Below are positions 23,862 through 32,838 of a stretch of 34,685 nucleotides of DNA, piece after piece. Source of the DNA: Candidatus Pacearchaeota archaeon. GTDB lineage: Archaea > Nanobdellota > Nanobdellia > Pacearchaeales > GW2011-AR1. Position 1 is the first letter of the stretch. Each line of letters starts with the position of its first letter. The stretch spans positions 1 through 34,685 of the forward strand of contig JAFCDM010000001.1 of the NCBI GenBank assembly GCA_017609695.1, given 5' to 3'. The notes below the pieces were generated by a model, which made no database searches, had not been told where the DNA came from, and saw nothing but the letters and a program-made list of their open reading frames with translations. A program made the position numbers and the translations under genes.

Positions 23862-24995
23862 ATGAAAAAATTAAATAAAAAACAAAAGAGAAATATCGGT
23901 TTTTTAATCTTAATTCTATTAGTTGGATTTTTTATTGGAAGTAATTATTTAAGTGTTTATCCATTTAATTCTGGAGAATGGGATTTTAGAGAAGATTCAA
24001 ATTTACTTTTTCAGTATGCAGGAGATTTAAATTTGTTAGAACCTCCCCATACATCTGAAGGAACATTAAATATAATTGAATATGGGAAATATAGTGTTTC
24101 TAAAGTTTCTGAAATAAAAACTCCAACTGCAAGTTTTAAATTTGAAATCACAGGAGACGAATTAAACCCCAGTGTTAAAGTTTATAAAAACAACATGATG
24201 GTTGATTCATTTATACAAAAAATTTCTGAAATAGATTTCTGGAAAGAAAAAGTTTATACAGATTCAATTGGAACACAAATAAAAATGAATGTAAATCAAA
24301 ATCTTAAAGCAGGTGCATCTGGTCAGGGATTATCAACAGCAAATTATGAAGTTATTTATCCCTATAATTCTTTAGGTTTTGATTTAAGTTCAGAGGTTGT
24401 TGGAAACAAATTAGTTTTAAATCTAAAAATAGATAATAAATATCATAATTTTTTAGGAGATGTTGGAATAAATGTGAAAACACCAGGAATATTTCAATCA
24501 AATGGAGAAGATATTTTAAAGAGTGAATCAATAATTATGAGTGGTTTAAATTCTTATTCTTTTGAATTGCTTTTAAACGATGGTGGAGAAATAATTGTTA
24601 CACCAATAGTTAGAAATGTTTATGCTCCTGCAAGTAATTTAAATAATTTAAATGGGAAAAGTGTTTGGATGGAAAGAAAATCAACCCCATATTCTTCAAT
24701 ACCATCTGATGATAGATATACTCTACCACCAGATTCTTATGGGGGTTTGACTATTGTAAATGAAGACGTTCATAATTGGTATAGAATAAATGATTTAGAA
24801 GGGAAAGAAATTAAATTAAGTATTGAAGAAGAAATAATGGAAGAAATCCAAGAAGAAACAGATTCAGAAACACAAGATTCACAAGAAGAACCATCAAAAC
24901 AAGATTTTTCTAAAATAAAAATAATTTTTAGCATAATTATAATAATTTGCAGTATTGTTGGTTTAATCTTTTTATATAAGAAAATAAAAAAATAA
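23862..24995 (+). CDS. Exported protein anchored by N- and C-terminal TM segments, with an acidic stalk
   Basis: 377 aa. The N-terminal segment is IGFLILILLVGFFIG. A beta-rich ectodomain and the stalk EEEIMEEIQEETDSETQDSQEE follow. The terminal TM is IIFSIIIIICSIVGLIFLY plus KKIKK. Confidence 0.65.
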   Translation: MKKLNKKQKRNIGFLILILLVGFFIGSNYLSVYPFNSGEWDFREDSNLLFQYAGDLNLLEPPHTSEGTLNIIEYGKYSVSKVSEIKTPTASFKFEITGDELNPSVKVYKNNMMVDSFIQKISEIDFWKEKVYTDSIGTQIKMNVNQNLKAGASGQGLSTANYEVIYPYNSLGFDLSSEVVGNKLVLNLKIDNKYHNFLGDVGINVKTPGIFQSNGEDILKSESIIMSGLNSYSFELLLNDGGEIIVTPIVRNVYAPASNLNNLNGKSVWMERKSTPYSSIPSDDRYTLPPDSYGGLTIVNEDVHNWYRINDLEGKEIKLSIEEEIMEEIQEETDSETQDSQEEPSKQDFSKIKIIFSIIIIICSIVGLIFLYKKIKK

Positions 24996-24997
24996 AA

Positions 24998-25010
24998 CAT
25001 TTATAAATAA
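24998..25010 (+). promoter_or_regulatory. TATA-box-like element upstream of the first giant surface-protein gene
   Basis: catttataaataa lies 48-60 nt upstream of the ATG at 25058. An RBS-like gagga sits at 25051-25055. This is consistent with a short leader but the evidence is weak. Confidence 0.3.
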
Positions 25011-25057
25011 CAATCCCCTATAAATTTGATTGGTTATGTTACAAAACTAAGAGGATA

Positions 25058-25135
25058 ATGGATAAAAAAGCACAAATTAAACTTTTTATAATTGGAATTT
25101 TACTTTTATTAGTTTTAAGTGTTTTTGTTCTTGCA
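25058..25135 (+). repeat. 78-nt leader-peptide repeat, copy 1
   Basis: atggataaaaaagcacaaattaaac...gtttttgttcttgca is identical to 27426-27503. Confidence 0.95.
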
Positions 25136-27433
25136 ATAACAATAGAAATTGTAGAATCTGGGGAAAATATTGGGGGACATTCTTCAATAGCAATGAATTC
25201 TGACGATATTATACATATGGTTCATCGTAATATGGATAACGGAGATTTAAGGTATTGTAATAATTCTGGAGGTTCGTGGAGTTGTATAAATTTAACATCT
25301 GGTATTGATATGAGAAACCCATCTATTGCAATAGATTCTAAAGGTGTGTTAAATATTATGGTTTATAATTTTGAAGCATCGCAATTAAATTATTTAAATA
25401 ACTCTGGTGGCTCTTGGAATGGATATGTTGTTTTAAATGTAAATTCTCCAAATCCATCTATAGCAATAGATTCAAACGATGTTGTACATTTTTCTTTTTT
25501 TCTTGAATCATCAACTGATTTAATGTATGGTAATAACTCTGGTGGCTCTTGGAGTTTTGAAAATATAGATGATGCTGGTAGTGTTGGAAATTATCCATCT
25601 ATGGCAATAGATTCAACTGACACAATCCATATCTCACACTACAAAGATGATTCTGGAGATTTAAGGTATTGTAATAATTCTGGAGGTTCGTGGAGTTGTG
25701 TCTCTGTAGAAACAGATAATGATGTTGGGAGATATTCTTCTCTTACAATAGGTTTGGATAATGTAGTACATATCTCTGGATATGATGCAACAAATGGAGA
25801 TTTAAGGTATTGTAATAATTCTGGAGGTTCGTGGAGTTGTGTCCCTGTTGATACTGAAGGAAATACTGGTGTTTATTCATCAATAGATTCTGGTATAGAT
25901 AATATAATTAGTATAGTAAGTTTTGATTCTGATGAAAATAATACAAGGTATTGTAATAATTCTGGAGGTTCGTGGAGTTGTTATAACCTTTTTAGTGTTG
26001 GAACAGACCCAACATTTGGGTCACCATCAAATAGGTGGATGGCTATAAAAAAAGGAAGGGTCTCTGGAATTTCAAACTTTTCAAGTTATGCACATATGGG
26101 ATTTTATAATACTTCTATTAATTTTTTTTATGCAAAAGAAAAAGTAACGCCTCTTGGTGTGTTGATAACCTATCCTTCTAATGATAGTTATGGAATAAAT
26201 GTGATGGAACTAAATTATACTCTAAATAATGTTGATTGTGATTCTGTTTGGTATTCTTTAGATTTAGGTGTAACAAATTCTTCAAGACAAGATTGTGGAT
26301 TAAACTGGACAAGTATGAATTATAGTCAAGAAGATAATTTTATAAAAATTTATTCAAATGATACAGATGGATTAGTTTATGATTCTTCCACTACTTTTTA
26401 TATTGATTCAATACCCCCAGATATAAATATAACTTCTATAACAACTGTAAACTCTTCACAGACATTTACTTTTAATTCAACAACATCTGATGTTAATTTA
26501 GATTCTTGTAAATATACAATATTCAATTCAAGTGGTGATGTAGATGTTGAAAATACTACATTTACATGTAATGTTGTAGAACAATCTGCAACAGTTACTT
26601 TGTCTGGAACAAATGAATTTAATTTAACAATTTATTCTTCCGATATTTTTGGGAATGAAAATAGTTCAACACTTAACTTTTCTATAATTTTTGGTGTTGA
26701 AGGTTATTCTGATTCAAGTGGAGGAGGTGTAGGAGGAACTACAGAACCACAAAGAACAGAAACAGTTTGTATGGTTAGGAATTTTAATATAACAGGAATT
26801 GAAGAATTACAAAGATGTATAATTTATGCAAGAATTAAAGAGGTGTGTGTAAAAGATATTTGTTCATTGAATTTAGAGAAAAAAAACGAGATTATAAAAA
26901 ACTTAAATGAGCAAGAAGTAACTTTAAATTCTCAACAATTAGAACTTTTTTTAAATTCATATAATAATAAAGAAATTGAAGCAATAAAAATTTTAGATTC
27001 AGATATAGAAAAGTATTCTTTATTTACAGGAATAATTCAGGGAGTTTCTTTTGATATTGTTTCTGGGATAACAGATAAGTATTTTATTGCATTAACAAAT
27101 TATACAGAATATTTTGCATTTTCAAATAGAGAATTAGTTTCTTGTGAAGTTGTTGATGGAGATGTAGGATTTTCTTGTTTAGCGAAGAATACTACTGCAA
27201 AAATTTCTTATTCTTTAATTGGAGATTTAGATTATACATTTAAGACAGTAGAATCTACTATTTCTTTTGTTGATATAGATAATAATAGTGTTTTCAAAAA
27301 AGTAAGAATACGGGTTGTAAGACCAACAATTCAATTATTAATTTTAGTTGGTTCAATTGCATTAATTTCTGGATTGTGGGTATTTAATAAAAAAAGAATA
27401 ATTAAATATTTTAATAAATTGAAAAATGGATAA
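25058..27433 (+). CDS. Giant surface protein: six-bladed beta-propeller, two Ig-like domains, Gly-rich linker, Cys-containing C-terminal domain and TM anchor
   Basis: The leader is MDKKAQIKLFIIGILLLLVLSVFVLA. Six repeats of about 45 aa each carry NNSGGSW plus an xSSIAIDSxxxxH-like strand. The Ig-like domains contain CDSVWYSLDLGVTNSSRQDCGLNWT and DSCKYTIFNSSG...FGNENSS. The linker is SSGGGVGGTT and the terminal TM is LLILVGSIALISGLWVF. Confidence 0.8.
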   Translation: MDKKAQIKLFIIGILLLLVLSVFVLAITIEIVESGENIGGHSSIAMNSDDIIHMVHRNMDNGDLRYCNNSGGSWSCINLTSGIDMRNPSIAIDSKGVLNIMVYNFEASQLNYLNNSGGSWNGYVVLNVNSPNPSIAIDSNDVVHFSFFLESSTDLMYGNNSGGSWSFENIDDAGSVGNYPSMAIDSTDTIHISHYKDDSGDLRYCNNSGGSWSCVSVETDNDVGRYSSLTIGLDNVVHISGYDATNGDLRYCNNSGGSWSCVPVDTEGNTGVYSSIDSGIDNIISIVSFDSDENNTRYCNNSGGSWSCYNLFSVGTDPTFGSPSNRWMAIKKGRVSGISNFSSYAHMGFYNTSINFFYAKEKVTPLGVLITYPSNDSYGINVMELNYTLNNVDCDSVWYSLDLGVTNSSRQDCGLNWTSMNYSQEDNFIKIYSNDTDGLVYDSSTTFYIDSIPPDINITSITTVNSSQTFTFNSTTSDVNLDSCKYTIFNSSGDVDVENTTFTCNVVEQSATVTLSGTNEFNLTIYSSDIFGNENSSTLNFSIIFGVEGYSDSSGGGVGGTTEPQRTETVCMVRNFNITGIEELQRCIIYARIKEVCVKDICSLNLEKKNEIIKNLNEQEVTLNSQQLELFLNSYNNKEIEAIKILDSDIEKYSLFTGIIQGVSFDIVSGITDKYFIALTNYTEYFAFSNRELVSCEVVDGDVGFSCLAKNTTAKISYSLIGDLDYTFKTVESTISFVDIDNNSVFKKVRIRVVRPTIQLLILVGSIALISGLWVFNKKRIIKYFNKLKNG
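26237..26310 (+). repeat. Third, partial copy of the cassette core
   Basis: tgtgattctgtttggtattctttagatttaggtgtaacaaattcttcaagacaagattgtggattaaactggac is identical to the matching segments in 29331-29527 and 31254-31441. Confidence 0.9.
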
Positions 27434-27503
27434 AAAAGCACAAATTAAACTTTTTATAATTGGAATTTTACTTTTATTAGTTTTAAGTGTTTTTGTTCTT
27501 GCA
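27426..27503 (+). repeat. 78-nt leader-peptide repeat, copy 2
   Basis: Identical to 25058-25135. Identity starts 2 nt before the ATG and ends at the predicted signal-peptide end (VLA). Confidence 0.95.
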
Positions 27504-29177
27504 GGAGATTTAATTTCTTCTAATAATCTAAAAACATATAATGATTCAAAAAATGAATTTACAATTAAAAATAAAGATAGTAATTTAATTATTCAAGCAC
27601 AAAGATTAACTCCACAAAATAATTATATTATTGATGTTGGAAAGGGTGTTTTACAAGTAGTAGCAAAATATAATCTTTCTGATTTTGATAAAACTAAAAA
27701 AAATGTTTTTACTAAAACAGAATTTTATAATTTAAATAAAAAGATGAAAAAAGAAGAAAGATATTTTGAATGGAGATGGAAAAATACTTCTTCACATTTG
27801 GAAACAAATTATAGGAGAGATTGTTCAACAGAACTTGTTTGGAATGATGTAAATAAAACAAACGATGAAGTTGAAACTTGTGTTTTAGTTGAAGATGGAA
27901 AAAAAGAAGTTTATGATTATGAATGGATTAAATTTACAGAATTAAGTGAAATAGAAAAAGGTGTTGAAGTTGGTTTGTTTGTTGATGTTTTACGAGGAGA
28001 ACATATTGAGTATATTCCAACATTTGCAGGAGTAGAAATAACAGAAGATGCTGAATGGACAGAAAGTTTAAATGTGGGATTAGTAAGTTATTGGGCTCAC
28101 GAAGATGCAAGTGGAGCTACTTTAACAGATAATGTTTCATCAAATGATGGGGTTATAGATGGTGCTGATTGGTCTGCGTCAGGTTTAAATGGATATGCTT
28201 TATATTATGTTTCTGCTAATACAGATTATACAAAAATAGATGAAAGTGTAAGCATTTATAATTCAGATACTTATTCAATTTTTCTTTGGGTAAATTCTGA
28301 TTCAAATACAGAAAGTTCTATACTTTGTGCAAGATGGGGTGATGGTTCAGGCGATAGTAATCATCTTGCAACAAGAGCTGATGGAGGATATTATTGGGTA
28401 GTAGATACAGGTCTTGGACCAAAAGTAGTAGAACCAGTTCCCGATTTAATCCCAAGTGCAGGAGACTGGCACTCTTTTGCAATGGTTTATAATGGAGTAA
28501 ATGCAACACTTTATTATGATGGTGTTGAACAAAATGATGCAGAAGCAACAACAGGAGCATTTTCAACAACAAGACCAATAGTATTTGGTGCTTATGATGA
28601 CCTAACTGGTGGTTGGTTAAATGGATTAATTGATGAAGTTGGGTGGTGGAATAGAACTTTATCACTTTCTGAAATAGAACAATTAAATAATAGAATAACT
28701 TGGACTGATGAATTTGGAGATTCAACCCCCCCTTCAGTAACAATAAATACCCCAACTAACACAACCTACACCACAAATACAATAAACTTTAATGCAACTG
28801 CAACAGACAATATAGAAATTGATTCTTGTCTTTATTCTTTAAATTCAGGAGTTACAAACTACACATTAACAAATGAAACATCTGTTGATGATTATTATGG
28901 AACAAATACAACTATGGCTCAAGGTTCTCATATAGTTAATTTTTATTGTAATGATACATCTAATAATCTAAATGATTCAGAGAGTATTACTTTTTATATT
29001 GATTCAATAAATCCATCAGCAACAACAAACACACCAGAAAATAACACTTATTCAAATTCAGACCAAAATTACACAGCAAACCTAACAGATAATTTAGGAA
29101 TAAAGAATTCAACTTTATATATTTATAATGAAACTGGAATTGAAAACCAAACAACAACCAATGTATTGTTAGTTTAA
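27426..29177 (+). CDS. Surface protein with a LamG (concanavalin-A-like lectin) domain and Ig-like repeats; probably the 5' part of a split gene continuing at 29186
   Basis: It has the same 26-aa leader as 25058. The LamG signature is LVSYWAHEDASGATLTDNVSSNDGVIDGADW...WHSFAMVYNGVNATLYYDGV...GLIDEVGWWNRTLSLSEIEQL. The ORF ends inside an Ig-like domain and has no C-terminal TM anchor. Confidence 0.75.
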   Translation: MDKKAQIKLFIIGILLLLVLSVFVLAGDLISSNNLKTYNDSKNEFTIKNKDSNLIIQAQRLTPQNNYIIDVGKGVLQVVAKYNLSDFDKTKKNVFTKTEFYNLNKKMKKEERYFEWRWKNTSSHLETNYRRDCSTELVWNDVNKTNDEVETCVLVEDGKKEVYDYEWIKFTELSEIEKGVEVGLFVDVLRGEHIEYIPTFAGVEITEDAEWTESLNVGLVSYWAHEDASGATLTDNVSSNDGVIDGADWSASGLNGYALYYVSANTDYTKIDESVSIYNSDTYSIFLWVNSDSNTESSILCARWGDGSGDSNHLATRADGGYYWVVDTGLGPKVVEPVPDLIPSAGDWHSFAMVYNGVNATLYYDGVEQNDAEATTGAFSTTRPIVFGAYDDLTGGWLNGLIDEVGWWNRTLSLSEIEQLNNRITWTDEFGDSTPPSVTINTPTNTTYTTNTINFNATATDNIEIDSCLYSLNSGVTNYTLTNETSVDDYYGTNTTMAQGSHIVNFYCNDTSNNLNDSESITFYIDSINPSATTNTPENNTYSNSDQNYTANLTDNLGIKNSTLYIYNETGIENQTTTNVLLV

Positions 29178-29527
29178 TAGATGGAGTGAAAACTTGGTTT
29201 TATGATGTTTTTGATTGGGCAGGAAATTCAGATATTTCAGAGAACTACACAATTACTATTGATACTATTAATTCAGATGTAGCAATAACTTACCCAACAA
29301 ACACTTCTTACACCTCAACCCAATCAATTTTAAATTATACCTATTCAGAAGAAAATTGTGATTCTGTTTGGTATTCTTTAGATTTAGGTGTAACAAATTC
29401 TTCAAGACAAGATTGTGGATTAAACTGGACTGGTTTAAGTTCTTTAAGTTCTTCTGAAGGTTCAAATACTTGGACAGTTTATATAAATGATTCAGCAGGA
29501 AATGAAAATAGTTCAAGTGTTACTTTT
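29009..29527 (+). repeat. About 0.5-kb cassette, copy A (spans the 27426/29186 gene break)
   Basis: 29009-29163 equals 30988-31142 with 1 mismatch. 29220-29272 equals 31143-31195 with 1 mismatch. 29331-29527 equals 31254-31441 except for a 9-nt indel. 29164-29219 (56 nt) is absent from copy B. 29273-29330 is diverged. Confidence 0.9.
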
Positions 29528-32479
29528 CTTGTTGCTACAACACCTCCAACCTGTGTTTTACTTGAACGAAGTATTACAGATATTAAAGAAAATTCAACTG
29601 GAATTTATGAAGTAATCGCTAATTGTTCATCACCTTACGAGTTGAATGGTTCAAGTGCATTATCTATGTACACTATTGAGGGGGTTCTTTCTCCAGGAAT
29701 TCCAAATTATTGGAGTATTAGACCACCAGAGAATGATAAAGCAGAATCAAATTTTTATTTTTCAGGAGAACAGATTTTTGTAGCAGATGGTAGAGCAGAT
29801 AATAGGTGGTATGATAATTATTATATTGATGGAGATAAATTATTTGATGATAATTTTACTTATTCTGTTCAAGATAACTCAAGTATTTATTTTTCAATTA
29901 CAGAAGAAAACTCAACACAATTTATTCTTAATTTTTCAAGAAATGTTGAAACAACATTTAGAAATATTATTTATTTAAGGAGAGGAAATCTAGAAAGAGA
30001 ATACAAGGCAGAGCAAAATTACGAAATTTATGACAATAATCCCATTTTAATTAAAATATGGAATTTAGATGCAGAAAGAGAGCATAAAAATTATACTATT
30101 AACATCTTTAGAAACATAAATTATTCTGGGAATCCAAATAAAAATTTAAATGCTTACATTTGTAATAGTTCGTATATTTTTAATGGGGGAACATCTCCAA
30201 AAGATGATTTAGATAATTGTGTTTTAATTAACAGTTTAGATAAAACAGAATTAGACAACATTTATTATTCTTCAAAAAATAGTACTTATTCAAAGGGGGT
30301 ATTTTCTTCTATTAATGGAATTTTAGGGGGTGTATATTTAACAAATTATACTTATCTTTATTATGAAAGTAATACACAATATGGTGCTGGTTTTTATAAT
30401 TTAAGATTTGCAAATGGTTCAAGTGGAACTAATGTAAGTTTTTTAGAATCTAATGTTTCGTGGAGTTCAACAGATGGGGGGGTGAATTTTGTAGATAATC
30501 CATTTACTCCAGATATTTGGTTTTCTGGAATTGCTGAAGGAGACGAACTTAATTTTGGTATAAATATTCAAGATATTTATGGAAATAATTTTACAAATTT
30601 CTCTTTTATCCACGATGATATAGGAGATGTTAATCATCCTATTACAAATCCAACTATTCTTTTCCTTAATAGTTCAATAAATACAAAGGATGATGATTTA
30701 AATAAAATTCATAAAGGATTAATGCAAATTTTAGTTGGTGTTTCCAAAGACCCAGATTCAGTTGGAAATGTAACTCATAATTTAACTTTACATAATCCTG
30801 ATGGAAGTTTAAATTACACAATTAATGCAAGTTTTTTAAGTGCAGATGATTCAGATGTTTGGAAAGATTTTGATACTTCTTTAGTTGCAGATGGAACTTA
30901 TAAAATTAATGTAACTGCATATTCTGGAGATAATTTTAATGATATTAAATCTTTTATGCAAGAAGATAATTTTACAATAGATAATACAAATCCATCAGCA
31001 ACAACAAACACACCAGAAAATAACACCTATTCAAATTCAGACCAAAATTACACAGCAAACCTAACAGATAATTTAGGAATAAAGAATTCAACTTTATATA
31101 TTTATAATGAAACTGGAATTGAAAACCAAACAACAACCAATGCAGGAAATTCAGATATTTCAGAGAACTACACAATTACTATTGATACTATCAATCCTAA
31201 TTTAAATTTAACTTATCCCTTGAATATTTCTTATTCAACAAGTGTTTCTAGAATAAATTATACCTATTCAGAAGAAAATTGTGATTCTGTTTGGTATTCT
31301 TTAGATTTAGGTGTAACAAATTCTTCAAGACAAGATTGTGGATTAAACTGGACTGGTTTAAGTTCTTCTGAAGGTTCAAATACTTGGACAGTTTATATAA
31401 ATGATTCAGCAGGAAATGAAAATAGTTCAAGTGTTACTTTTACTTCAATAGCAACTGCACCAAATGTAATATTATTAAATCCCCCAAATAATGCTTATGA
31501 TGGGGATACTATTTTAGAATTCCAGTATTATGTTACAAGTAGCACAACAATTTCAAATTGTTCTATTTATTTTGATAATAATGTTTTACAAACAACACAA
31601 TCTCCAATAACAAACGGGACAATAAATAATTATTATGTTGATTTTGATTCAACAAGTATTTATCTTAAAGATAACTTAAATTGGTTTGTAAATTGCACAG
31701 ATATAAATAATAAAGAAAATTCTTCTGATGTGTGGGTTGTTGATACATTAGAAGGGGGTTCTGGTTCAAGTGGTGGAGGTGGAGGAGGAACTTATGTGGA
31801 ATTAGAAGTTAATGAATTAGTTTGTAATCAAACCTATTATTATATTTTAAATAATGAAGAAAATTTAACAAGTTTAGTTGAAAAGGTAAATGCTTATTCA
31901 GAATCTTTATTAAGTCGTTATTATTTAGGAAATGTTATAACAAATTGGCAAAATGTTTGTTCAAATAAAATAAATAGAACATTAAAACCAGAGTTTGTTT
32001 GTGAAAAAATATTTTATTATTTAATAGATGAAAATAAAACAGAAGAAGATTTAAATATTTTAAAATCATCAATTAATGATGAAATTTTGTTTTCAGATGG
32101 TTTGTTAGCATATTATTCCGATAATTATAATTCAGTGTGTTATGGGGAGGGGTATTCTGATGCAATTCCAACACGGAATACCCTATCAATAATTCCAATA
32201 ATTTTTAGTGGAGAAATAAATAAATGTAATGAAACCATTGGAATAGATTTTTTTGATTATAGTCTTGATTTTTTCAAAGATGGAATATCTGTTGGAAACC
32301 TCTCTTGTGAATCAACAGATTTTTGGAGGTATATTGTTTCTATCAAAAGAAATGAATCAAATAATACAAAAATAGTTGGTATAAAAATATGGCATATCTT
32401 TTCAATACTTTTTTTAATTTTGTCAATTTATGGAATTAAGGTGTTAAGGAAAGTGAATAAAAAATTAGATGGAATTTAA
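29186..32479 (+). CDS. Giant surface protein (3' part of the split gene): Ig-like repeats, large central domain, Gly-rich linker, Cys-containing domain and TM anchor
   Basis: It has no signal peptide and a GTG pseudo-start. The frame is open from 29144. It begins mid-domain (GVKTWFYDVFDWAGNSDISENYTITIDTIN). The linker is GGSGSSGGGGGGT and the terminal TM is IWHIFSILFLILSIYGI. The C-terminal architecture parallels 25058-27433. Confidence 0.75.
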   Translation: MKTWFYDVFDWAGNSDISENYTITIDTINSDVAITYPTNTSYTSTQSILNYTYSEENCDSVWYSLDLGVTNSSRQDCGLNWTGLSSLSSSEGSNTWTVYINDSAGNENSSSVTFLVATTPPTCVLLERSITDIKENSTGIYEVIANCSSPYELNGSSALSMYTIEGVLSPGIPNYWSIRPPENDKAESNFYFSGEQIFVADGRADNRWYDNYYIDGDKLFDDNFTYSVQDNSSIYFSITEENSTQFILNFSRNVETTFRNIIYLRRGNLEREYKAEQNYEIYDNNPILIKIWNLDAEREHKNYTINIFRNINYSGNPNKNLNAYICNSSYIFNGGTSPKDDLDNCVLINSLDKTELDNIYYSSKNSTYSKGVFSSINGILGGVYLTNYTYLYYESNTQYGAGFYNLRFANGSSGTNVSFLESNVSWSSTDGGVNFVDNPFTPDIWFSGIAEGDELNFGINIQDIYGNNFTNFSFIHDDIGDVNHPITNPTILFLNSSINTKDDDLNKIHKGLMQILVGVSKDPDSVGNVTHNLTLHNPDGSLNYTINASFLSADDSDVWKDFDTSLVADGTYKINVTAYSGDNFNDIKSFMQEDNFTIDNTNPSATTNTPENNTYSNSDQNYTANLTDNLGIKNSTLYIYNETGIENQTTTNAGNSDISENYTITIDTINPNLNLTYPLNISYSTSVSRINYTYSEENCDSVWYSLDLGVTNSSRQDCGLNWTGLSSSEGSNTWTVYINDSAGNENSSSVTFTSIATAPNVILLNPPNNAYDGDTILEFQYYVTSSTTISNCSIYFDNNVLQTTQSPITNGTINNYYVDFDSTSIYLKDNLNWFVNCTDINNKENSSDVWVVDTLEGGSGSSGGGGGGTYVELEVNELVCNQTYYYILNNEENLTSLVEKVNAYSESLLSRYYLGNVITNWQNVCSNKINRTLKPEFVCEKIFYYLIDENKTEEDLNILKSSINDEILFSDGLLAYYSDNYNSVCYGEGYSDAIPTRNTLSIIPIIFSGEINKCNETIGIDFFDYSLDFFKDGISVGNLSCESTDFWRYIVSIKRNESNNTKIVGIKIWHIFSILFLILSIYGIKVLRKVNKKLDGI
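30988..31441 (+). repeat. About 0.5-kb cassette, copy B (internal to 29186-32479)
   Basis: See copy A. This copy reads through in frame (…ENQTTTN-AGNSDISENY…). Confidence 0.9.
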
Positions 32480-32838
32480 AATATTGAAAAAAAATATGCC
32501 TCAAATTCATTAAGAATAACACCATATTTATTGGAACAATTATATAATCTTTCTTGTTCTAATTGTCTTTGATGTATCAATTCGTGTTTTATTGTTCTAA
32601 TTTCTTTTTCAGTAAAATTAATTGTGTCATTTGGTTCAACAAAATTATTTTCAGAAGAAGAATAAATAAAAATTTCGTTAGTTAAGGGGTTAAAATATCC
32701 TCCAATAATGTTTGAATTTATTTCCCCTTTATATTCACAATCAAGATAATAAGAATTATACGAAAAGAGTATGCACTCCAAAATAAATAAAAAAATACAA
32801 ATAATTATAGAATATTTTACACATCTTTTTATTTCCAT
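32476..32838 (-). CDS. Small membrane-anchored HExxH Zn-metallopeptidase candidate
   Basis: 120 aa with an N-terminal TM (YSIIICIFLFILECILF). It carries HELIH (HExxH) and a downstream NEFEAY that could supply the third ligand. Its stop overlaps the convergent giant gene's stop within ttaa (32476-32479). Confidence 0.5.
   Translation of the reverse strand: MEIKRCVKYSIIICIFLFILECILFSYNSYYLDCEYKGEINSNIIGGYFNPLTNEIFIYSSSENNFVEPNDTINFTEKEIRTIKHELIHQRQLEQERLYNCSNKYGVILNEFEAYFFSIF

Noticed and set aside
29160-29177. Programmed -1 ribosomal frameshift joining 27426-29177 to 29186-32479
   Set aside because: No X-XXY-YYZ slippery heptamer is present in the zero frame, and I could identify no obvious downstream stimulatory structure. 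An indel, real or from assembly, is the simpler explanation. The frame break itself is kept as a finding.
17904-32479. Very high density of NxS/T sequons as evidence for N-glycosylated (archaeal-type) surface proteins
   Set aside because: Asn, Ser and Thr are strongly favoured by the AT-rich composition and by these beta-rich domains, so sequon density alone is not evidence. I mention it only as weak context and have not scored it as a finding.
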